NCBI GenBank assembly: GCA_035291665.1
Contig: DATDRP010000003.1
Span: 148,549 to 212,548, forward strand
DNA length: 64,000 nucleotides
DNA from: Patescibacteria group bacterium
GTDB taxonomy: Bacteria; Patescibacteriota; Microgenomatia; UBA8517
Direction of reading: 5' to 3'
Shown: positions 20,249-27,217 of the stretch, in pieces
Layout of the letters: each line of letters opens with the position of its first letter
How positions within the stretch are numbered: the first letter of the stretch is position 1
Position numbers and translations under genes: made by a program
Notes under the pieces: generated by a model
What the model was told of the DNA's origin: nothing
The model's input: only the letters and a program-made list of their open reading frames with translations
Database searches by the model: none

Positions 20249-20318
20249 TTGCGGGGCTGGGAGTTGAACCCAGCCTGGAAGATTATGAGCCTTCCGTGCA
20301 GCCGTACACTACCCCGCA
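20249..20318 (-). tRNA. tRNA-Met(CAT) with initiator-like acceptor stem
   Basis: TGCGGGG/CCCCGCA acceptor, GAAGG CT CAT AA TCTTC arm, CTGGG TTCAACT CCCAG; CCA not encoded. Confidence 0.88.
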
Positions 20319-20360
20319 CGTCAATGAGCGAGTCTAATTATATCATTTTGCCTCGATTAC

Positions 20361-20756
20361 TCAATCAATTCCAAAAAGTTTCGCCCACTTCTGCCAATTG
20401 GGTTCAATACTTACATCTTCTTTTTCCGGAGATTTCGGAACAAGCTGGAGAAGTACTTCGTCAGGAGGAAGTATTAAAACAACTTCACCTTCCTTAGAAT
20501 AACCAAGCTTATCCCGGATTTGTTTCTCGAGGTAAAATTCAGTATCAACATCTTCAAGTTGTTTTTTCAAAGCTTCATTTTTCTCCTCGAGTTTGACAGC
20601 TTCGTTTGCATCATCATCAATCCTTTGATTAATCGAATGAATTATTGCAATTGTTCTTCCTATAGAAATAATAAAAAGAACAAATAAAACCCATAACATA
20701 AGCTTGCTTATACGATTTGGAATGGTATTATCCTCTTTACTATTTAACATTTTCAA
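20361..20756 (-). CDS. Septum formation initiator (FtsB/DivIC family)
   Basis: Single TM helix, coiled coil, YLEKQIRDKLGYSKEGE motif. Confidence 0.85.
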   Translation of the reverse strand: MKMLNSKEDNTIPNRISKLMLWVLFVLFIISIGRTIAIIHSINQRIDDDANEAVKLEEKNEALKKQLEDVDTEFYLEKQIRDKLGYSKEGEVVLILPPDEVLLQLVPKSPEKEDVSIEPNWQKWAKLFGID

Positions 20757-20874
20757 TATATATTACGCATCTCATAATATATTGACCTCTCGTCAATAAT
20801 TGTGTATCATTGTGTACATTAGCCTTAAAATTAGTATAGAAGGGATTTGAAGGTATTAAAAGTATATTATTATT

Positions 20875-21738
20875 ATGGCACAAGAAAGTTTAAAGTCGCT
20901 GCTCCCCAAATTTATTGCCCACCTGACCGATAAAAAAAGAAGTCCATCAACTATATTAGCCTATAGGGCTGATCTGGAACAGTTGGTAGACTATTTAACG
21001 GATAAAAACATTGCTACGGCTGAATCGGTTGAAACTTCCCACATTGAGGGTTTCAGAGATAGCTTACTAGCTCAAAAATACACCCCAAAAACAGTTTCCA
21101 GAAAATTAAACGCAGTTAAAACTTTTTTCCGATGGATGCTGGATGAAAAACTTGCATCAAACGATCCTTCAGCCACGGTCGCTCACCCCAAAATTGAAGT
21201 CAGTAAACCAAAATTCCTATCTCCTCTCGAATATCGGGCACTCCGTGATGTTGTCAGAAACGATGTCAGAATCGCTGCAATAGTTGAACTTATTCTGCAA
21301 ACCGGACTTCGGATTTCTGAGGTTGCAAATCTGAAACTCATCAACTTCCGAGATTCAAATCTTACAATCGAAAGCTATGCAACTCAGCCTCAAAGAACTA
21401 TCCCCATAAACGAACCCGCACAGGAAACTTTACAACAATACCTCAAAGAAAGACCAAAAACAGATTCCGAATACATTTTTGTAAGCAAAAACGGAAAACC
21501 GCTTGCTATCCGAAATATCCGGGCAGCTATTGACCGTTATTTCCAAAAGGCAGAGATTCCCGGTTATTCGGTTAATGATCTCCGAACTACTTTTGTTGTT
21601 GAGAATCTGAAAAACGGAGTCGATCTTGTATTCTTATCAAAAGTTTCAGGCCATAAAAGATTGTCCACTACAGAGCGATACCTCGAGCTTGCTGAGGTCA
21701 AAGAATCAGGTAAACGTCAGGAACTCGCAGAACTTTAA
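20875..21738 (+). CDS. XerC/D-like tyrosine recombinase with divergent catalytic motifs
   Basis: SAM-like N-domain (STILAYRADL), TGLRISE, NDLR in place of HxLR, SGHKRLSTTERY. Confidence 0.88.
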   Translation: MAQESLKSLLPKFIAHLTDKKRSPSTILAYRADLEQLVDYLTDKNIATAESVETSHIEGFRDSLLAQKYTPKTVSRKLNAVKTFFRWMLDEKLASNDPSATVAHPKIEVSKPKFLSPLEYRALRDVVRNDVRIAAIVELILQTGLRISEVANLKLINFRDSNLTIESYATQPQRTIPINEPAQETLQQYLKERPKTDSEYIFVSKNGKPLAIRNIRAAIDRYFQKAEIPGYSVNDLRTTFVVENLKNGVDLVFLSKVSGHKRLSTTERYLELAEVKESGKRQELAEL

Positions 21739-21786
21739 ACTGTAAATTCAGAAGTTCCTGAAGATTCTCCAAATAACTTTTTAAGA

Positions 21787-22062
21787 TTAAACTATTTCGT
21801 CCACAAATTCGCCGTCCCAATGAAATTCTGTCCCAACCAAGAGTACTTGCGTACCACCACCCAAACTGATTCTATGACCGCGAGCATCTATACCCAAAAT
21901 TCGTGGATTTTTATCCTGTCGAGTTGTCTCTACTCCTTCTATTTTTGAATAAAATTTCTTATGAGGATGTACCCCACCCCTTGACCGCGACAGCACGATT
22001 ACTTTATCCCCCGGTAGTGTCTCATCCGCCCTTATCACATGACCTTCTTTTTCAATATCCAT
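21787..22062 (-). CDS. Hypothetical protein
   Basis: 91-aa ORF with ATG and upstream -10-like box. Confidence 0.6.
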   Translation of the reverse strand: MDIEKEGHVIRADETLPGDKVIVLSRSRGGVHPHKKFYSKIEGVETTRQDKNPRILGIDARGHRISLGGGTQVLLVGTEFHWDGEFVDEIV

Positions 22063-22115
22063 AAAAACTAGCTGAGTATATCAAAACCAGTTAGATTTGT
22101 CAGAAGTTAAGTGTG

Positions 22116-22366
22116 TGGGCGTGCATGGGATCGTCCCGTAGAACGGGATTAATCCTGCTCTGCAGGAAACCATGGACATCTACTTTATGGCAAAGCAAAG
22201 CTTTGACATGTAAGAAAGTTTGGTGGCCTGGGATGGGTTCGAACCATCGACTTCCATTTTATAAGAATGGCACTCTAACCACTGAGTTACCAGGCCAAAT
22301 TTTCTTCCATAAGAGTAGCGCTCTTAGATAAGTCGCCGACTTGATCGGACGCTGAGCTACACGCCC
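22116..22366 (-). tRNA. Outer, interrupted tRNA-Ile(TAT) with inserts in D, anticodon and T loops; may be a pseudogene
   Basis: Perfect stems GGGCGTG/CACGCCC, GCTC/GAGC, CTACT/AGTAG, CATGG/CCATG; loops expanded by hairpins. Confidence 0.78.
22221..22296 (-). tRNA. tRNA-Ile(TAT), intact, CCA encoded, nested in the outer tRNA
   Basis: GGCCTGG TA ACTC AGTGGTTA GAGT G CCATT CT TAT AA AATGG AAGTC GATGG TTCGAAC CCATC CCAGGCC A CCA. Confidence 0.95.
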
Positions 22367-22445
22367 ATACTTTTCGCTACAAGAATGGCACTCTAAAAAA
22401 AACGAACTTAAAACACCTGAAACTGAGGTTATTATATCAAGAAGC

Positions 22446-22646
22446 TCACAAAAACTTAATTACATCTCTTAAAGAGAAGTCTCGTTCTGCATTTTTATCC
22501 AAATCTAACGCTTTCAAAAACCACTGCTTGCCTTTGTGGAATTCAGTTTCCCCAAACCAGATTTTTAATGGTTTCACTTTCCTAATTGCAATCTTACCTT
22601 CCCAATTTTTATATTTAAACTTTAAAAAATTACTCGGTTGCTTCAT
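22446..22646 (-). CDS. Small stand-alone WYL-domain protein
   Basis: FKYKNW..G...RKVKP, QWFLKALD..K...RDF pattern. Confidence 0.75.
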   Translation of the reverse strand: MKQPSNFLKFKYKNWEGKIAIRKVKPLKIWFGETEFHKGKQWFLKALDLDKNAERDFSLRDVIKFL

Positions 22647-22723
22647 TGCTAAATTATTGAAGTTTAATTAAGTAAATTAATTCTCTTAATATCTTAGTAT
22701 CCCAATATCTTAATATCTTTCTC

Positions 22724-25048
22724 TTACAGTTTTGCTCTCCTTGCAATCTCTGCATCAACTATCTTCACATCCCGTCCGTAACGAAGCCTGCTCATTTCTT
22801 TTATAATCTCTGCCAACTTCGGATTCATTGCCGCTTTTTCGGCAACAATATCTTTGTAAAGATCCATAGAAAATGGCGAGACGGGTTCATTGTTGACAGT
22901 CGTTTTAATATATACATGGTATTTTTCAATGTTCAAAAGATCATCTTCGGCAAAAACGGGTGCGAATTCGTGCTGTAAATAATTTGCATCAGTTGTTCCG
23001 ATCCGGAAAGAGATTATCGTCCCGACATTCCCAAAAACCGCGTTTTTAACCTCTTCATCAACCTGCCCGATAAACTGATTGGCAACGCATAAAGACAAAG
23101 CATATTTCCTTGCCTCGGACAATATTACGGCAAAATCCGGAGTGGCAAAGTTCTGAAACTCGTCAACATAAAGATAAAAAGGCCGTCTTTGGTCTTTGGG
23201 AAGGTCTGTCCTACTCATGGCTGCCATTAATATTCGAGGTACAAGGATAAGCCCCAAGAAACTCGAGTTTTCTTCACCAATGGTTCCTTTCGACAGATTA
23301 ATAAATAAAATTTTTCCCGTATCCATCACTTCCCGAAGCGAAAATGACGATTTTGACTGGCCGATAATGTTTCTGACCATTTTGTTTGTTACAAATCTCC
23401 CGAACTTTGAAGTGATGTAATCAAGAACTTCAGATTTATGAAAATCAGAAGTCTGTGCGATCTGGTCGGTCCAGTATCTTCTTACAATCGGATCTGTTAC
23501 TTTTGGAAGAATTTCCTGAACGTATCTGGCATCTGTTAAAATTCTCATCACTTCAATAAACGTTGACCCTTCATCGCTCATTGCGGTAAGCATTGCGTTT
23601 CTTACAGCATGTTCGAACCTTGGTCCGACAATACCGGTTTTGTACGGATCAAAAAGCTTGTACATCATGTTGATAACAGATGAGGATACAAAGTGCTTTT
23701 GATCTTCTGTATTTGCTTCAAGAAGGTTTAAACCCATTGGTCTTTCCGTATCCGACGGGTCAAAGTAGATAACATCTTCCGCTCTATCGGCAGGAATTAA
23801 TGACATAAGTTCTTCCACCGCGTCACCGTGAGGATCAATAAAACATACCCCCTTGCCAGCTTTGATATCCTGCATGACAAGATCTTTCAGAAGTTCGCTT
23901 TTACCGGTTCCTGTTTTTCCGACAATGTACATATGTCTTAACCTGTCTTCTTCGGTAATGTAAACAGGCCGCTTCGTTCCGCGATACGAACTAATCCCAA
24001 GAAAAGTCCCTTCGGAGGGAACTTCTGCAGGAGCAGGAGCAGTTTTGGAATACAACCAGTTAATATGGGGTGTTGTTATTGATTTGTTCGGAAAATGGAA
24101 AATAGTCGCCAGTTCTTCAGAATTAAGAATTGAAATTCTATTCCCCCAAATATGAAACATTGGTTGGTATCGGTAAATAAAATCATCTATAAAAGCTCCT
24201 TTTTGGCGGATAGTCCGGCCTTTTAGAGAATTAAGATCGCTTGAAAACTGGGAAAATGCGCTGGCAATGTTTGTGAGGTGCGCTTTTGCCGATCCCTGAT
24301 CGGGTGCAACACAAACAATTCTTATTGAAGTTTCAAATCCTACTTTGGAGATTTTATTTTCAACAGACTCCAGGGTTTTACCAGATGTCTTGTAACTGGC
24401 TTTTTGCGGATCGGCTTCCTGCTTTTTGGTTGATGACAGAAAACCGCTCCCTGATTTTTGCCATTCGCTTTCCGTGGGTGAAATTAAAACCTGAATCGCA
24501 GCTGCTTCGCCTTCCCCCATTTTGGCAAGAGCGGATGTTATTGCGGATAAAGGATCAGTCGGAAGTTCTTTATAAGTTTTTATGGGATAGAAATTTTCTT
24601 TACCAAGTTGAAGCGCTTTGTAGGCAACTTTACCGTCTTCTGTAAAAATGTTATATTCCTGGACTTCCACAATCTCAGCATCAGGATAGGCTCCGTGTAT
24701 CTGTCGTTCCAGGAGCGTCCGGAACTCAGTCGGAGTCCAGACATAAAACTTAATATCCTCCAATTTCGCTACCAACTCAAAAGATATACCCGGTTGGATA
24801 TTATACTTTTGCTTCCATCCACCTTTTTTGATCGAGTAAAGAGCAGCAAAAAGCTGTTCCATTGCGTCAATTTTTATATCGTTATTTTTGTGAACCGATA
24901 TTTGCAAAAGCACCGAATCAATCGATGCTTCCTCTCTTTTTCTATTCCGGAAAGTTGTGAAGAAAAATATAAATACGACAACTGATAAAAAAGCCAATAA
25001 GGATATTACCGACAAAAACACTAATATTACATCCATTTCATTTATCAT
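22724..25048 (-). CDS. VirD4/TraG/HerA-superfamily membrane ATPase
   Basis: N-terminal TM, HMYIVGKTGTGKS, FIDPHGD, LYVDEFQ, EARKY, ANQ. Confidence 0.88.
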   Translation of the reverse strand: MINEMDVILVFLSVISLLAFLSVVVFIFFFTTFRNRKREEASIDSVLLQISVHKNNDIKIDAMEQLFAALYSIKKGGWKQKYNIQPGISFELVAKLEDIKFYVWTPTEFRTLLERQIHGAYPDAEIVEVQEYNIFTEDGKVAYKALQLGKENFYPIKTYKELPTDPLSAITSALAKMGEGEAAAIQVLISPTESEWQKSGSGFLSSTKKQEADPQKASYKTSGKTLESVENKISKVGFETSIRIVCVAPDQGSAKAHLTNIASAFSQFSSDLNSLKGRTIRQKGAFIDDFIYRYQPMFHIWGNRISILNSEELATIFHFPNKSITTPHINWLYSKTAPAPAEVPSEGTFLGISSYRGTKRPVYITEEDRLRHMYIVGKTGTGKSELLKDLVMQDIKAGKGVCFIDPHGDAVEELMSLIPADRAEDVIYFDPSDTERPMGLNLLEANTEDQKHFVSSSVINMMYKLFDPYKTGIVGPRFEHAVRNAMLTAMSDEGSTFIEVMRILTDARYVQEILPKVTDPIVRRYWTDQIAQTSDFHKSEVLDYITSKFGRFVTNKMVRNIIGQSKSSFSLREVMDTGKILFINLSKGTIGEENSSFLGLILVPRILMAAMSRTDLPKDQRRPFYLYVDEFQNFATPDFAVILSEARKYALSLCVANQFIGQVDEEVKNAVFGNVGTIISFRIGTTDANYLQHEFAPVFAEDDLLNIEKYHVYIKTTVNNEPVSPFSMDLYKDIVAEKAAMNPKLAEIIKEMSRLRYGRDVKIVDAEIARRAKL

Positions 25049-25074
25049 GGTTATTTAAACTTAAAAAGGAACTG

Positions 25075-25422
25075 TTACTGCCCGCCTATTTTTTTCACCA
25101 TTCTCCAGCCGAAGTGCAATGCTTTCTTGATTAATCTGACCCAAAAAACCGCAAACCAAGTGATTGCATTATCCGGATCGCCCTTCGCCCAATCATCAAG
25201 TTGCTGCTGGGTTGCAGGGACCTGGATTGTAACCGCAGGATCCTGAGGCGTTTGAATCAGGGGCTGTCCTTTATCGTCACTCACCTGAGCCTTAAATTGC
25301 GAGGGAGTCGGACTGATCCCGCGTTCTATTTCCGGGGGAACTTCCATATCGGTTGGACGTTCTTTGACGATCGGTTCTTCTACCGGAGGCTTTCCTCCGC
25401 CTCTTTCCACATTATCTACCAT
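25075..25422 (-). CDS. Hypothetical protein
   Basis: Pro-rich ORF with C-terminal AITWFAVFWVRLIKK; ATG at 25422 preferred. Confidence 0.65.
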   Translation of the reverse strand: MVDNVERGGGKPPVEEPIVKERPTDMEVPPEIERGISPTPSQFKAQVSDDKGQPLIQTPQDPAVTIQVPATQQQLDDWAKGDPDNAITWFAVFWVRLIKKALHFGWRMVKKIGGQ

Positions 25423-25820
25423 ATATAAAAACATTTTAGATCAATTAGGCGAAAGAACAAAGTACTAAGGGAAAAGTGAAAAGAGAAATGGATTGTTTCA
25501 ATTCCGAATATCTAATTTCGAATTTCTAACCAAAACCCGATATCTCGTCTTCAAATATCTTCCCCCAAATTTGACTTTGAAAAGGAATTAGGATTAAAAT
25601 CCCATCATCCGTATGTTTCCCGCTGAAAATATAAGAGTATTATTACCAGCTGAAAGACCTAAGGATTGTATTCTACCTACGATTAAAAATACGAGAGGAA
25701 GAAATAATTTTCAAGAAATATCTGTTCGCCTTCTGGATGGAAATTTCATTCTCAACAAATGTCACATAACCACTTGTCTCGTAAACAGTCGGTGTAAATT
25801 TTACGAGGAGCTTTGATAAT

Positions 25821-26363
25821 TTATCGCTTTTTCCAAACCTCATCTTTCACTCTCGATTTAAAATTTTCAGCCCGGGCTAAGGTGAATATATAATCCGAAA
25901 GACGGTTGAGGTATTTTAAAATTGCAGACGGGATTTTTTCTTCTTCGTTAAACGCAACAACCTCCCTTTCGGCTTTTCTTGCTAAAGTTCTTGCAAATTG
26001 AAGTTTTGCTGCAGCTGGGGTTCCTCCGGGATAAATAAAATTGGATAACGCTGGTAAAACTTTATCATACTCATCAATTTCCCGTTCTAGTCTCTTAATT
26101 TCGATACCTCCAATTCTTAATCTTGATCCCGCCAGGATCGATCCGATAGTGAGCAAATTATTTTGTATTCTTTTTAAGCGATTATTAAGATCTTCATCAA
26201 ATGATTCAGAAATTACAACACCAATATAGCTGTCAACTTCATCAACAGCGCCAATTGCACGGGTGTTGCATGAGGATTTGGAAACCCGTACGGATTTTCC
26301 GTCAACTTTTTTAAAAAGTCCCGTCTCTCCTTTGTCGCCTTTTTTTGTATAAATTGACATCAT
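25821..26363 (-). CDS. pduO: ATP:cob(I)alamin adenosyltransferase, PduO type
   Basis: IYTKKGDKGET, GAVDE, FIYPGG, RKAER, YLNRLSD. Confidence 0.93.
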   Translation of the reverse strand: MMSIYTKKGDKGETGLFKKVDGKSVRVSKSSCNTRAIGAVDEVDSYIGVVISESFDEDLNNRLKRIQNNLLTIGSILAGSRLRIGGIEIKRLEREIDEYDKVLPALSNFIYPGGTPAAAKLQFARTLARKAEREVVAFNEEEKIPSAILKYLNRLSDYIFTLARAENFKSRVKDEVWKKR

Positions 26364-26369
26364 TAAAAA

Positions 26370-26401
26370 GATATTATGTGATCCGATATTAGGATATTAG
26401 G
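26370..26401. repeat. Octamer tandem array (GATATTAG type)
   Basis: gatattat-gtgatcc-gatattag-gatattag; inverted relative to 26825-26881. Confidence 0.75.
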
Positions 26402-26410
26402 AATAATAAT

Positions 26411-26785
26411 TCAAACTTTATGAATTAGCTTCTCGGTCGATCTTATAAGTCCTCCCAATACAACACCAGCTTTTTCTGATTGATTGAATGCTTCGGTAAA
26501 CTTAACTTCACTCAAATATTTCAAATCCCGTGATGTGATCAATTGACTTTGGACTTCAGCAATTGACCCCCTTGAATCGTAATAAAAATTTAACCTATCT
26601 TTGTAATGATATCTTGAAAATCCTTCAGCAATACATGATTCCACAGAAATCACTGCTCTTCTTAGTTGACTTTTTAATCCAAACTCTTCAGATTTCGGGT
26701 ACAAATCAGTATATTTGTAGATTTGAAGTGTTAGTTTATGTGCTTCTTTCCATGCATCTAGATCGGTAAACTTTTTGATTAGCAT
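26411..26785 (-). CDS. Four-helix-bundle protein (23S rRNA IVS protein/Avd-like family)
   Basis: FTDLDAWK, PKSEEFGLKSQLRRA..S...IAEG, SRGS..E motifs. Confidence 0.92.
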   Translation of the reverse strand: MLIKKFTDLDAWKEAHKLTLQIYKYTDLYPKSEEFGLKSQLRRAVISVESCIAEGFSRYHYKDRLNFYYDSRGSIAEVQSQLITSRDLKYLSEVKFTEAFNQSEKAGVVLGGLIRSTEKLIHKV

Positions 26786-26824
26786 TTCTATCTTCTTCGT
26801 TTCGAATAGTATTTTTTCCCTTTT

Positions 26825-26881
26825 CTTAATATCTTAATATCCCAGTATCCCAATATCTTTGTATCCTAATCTCCTAATATC
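26825..26881. repeat. Octamer tandem array (YYAATATC type)
   Basis: ttaatatc ttaatatc ccagtatc ccaatatc tttgtatc ctaatctc ctaatatc. Confidence 0.85.
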
Positions 26882-26886
26882 TTTTT

Positions 26887-27011
26887 TTTGAGGTCCCTCT
26901 GACGAGCCCAAAGCCGGTGTGTGGTCAAAAAGCCCAATAGAAAATGGGAGACAAATGATTGTCGACATCCTGCCAGCATAACAGCTCCGGACCCATCAGA
27001 CGAATCTCAAA
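26887..27011 (-). ncRNA. Unassigned structured RNA (long G-U-rich closing stem, branched apex)
   Basis: 27000-26982 pairs with 26916-26898 over 19/19 positions including 6 G-U on the minus strand only; internal hairpins GACAA/TTGTC and CCCA/TGGG. Confidence 0.6.
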
Positions 27012-27019
27012 CCCGAATG

Positions 27020-27104
27020 GATATTAAGTGATTCGATATTAAGATATTGAGTTACTCCGCAATTTTTTGACCTTAATATCCCAATATCCAAATATCGTAA
27101 TATC
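27020..27104. repeat. Empty inverted octamer-array pair
   Basis: gatattaa-gtgattc-gatattaa-gatattga ... ttaatatc ccaatatc caaatatc gtaatatc with about 20 nt between. Confidence 0.8.
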
Positions 27105-27217
27105 TTTTTTATATTAATGTACAAAACTCCCGTGATACTTTCGAAACCTTAATTAAAAATGTCCTTTTCTCCCGGCATCTTAATGCCCTAATATCTTAGT
27201 ATCCTATTATCTTTTTT

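Noticed and set aside
19975-20497. Plus-strand ORFs 19975-20217 and 20246-20497, and likewise 22113-22331
   Set aside because: They are antisense read-throughs of tRNA genes.
20875-25048. Prophage or conjugative element (recombinase plus VirD4-like ATPase near tRNAs)
   Set aside because: No relaxase, mating-pair or phage genes and no long att repeats bounding a cargo region; the neighbours look chromosomal.
25525-25816. Short ORFs between pduO and 25422
   Set aside because: No motifs or clear start signals; possibly gene remnants, not supportable.
26899-27005. Hammerhead ribozyme (CTGACGA), cobalamin riboswitch or SRP RNA
   Set aside because: No properly placed GAAA core, no B12-box or GGGAA motifs, and no SRP helix-8 signature.
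26411-27011. Diversity-generating retroelement, because of the Avd-like protein
   Set aside because: No reverse transcriptase and no TR/VR pair differing at adenines were seen in the window.
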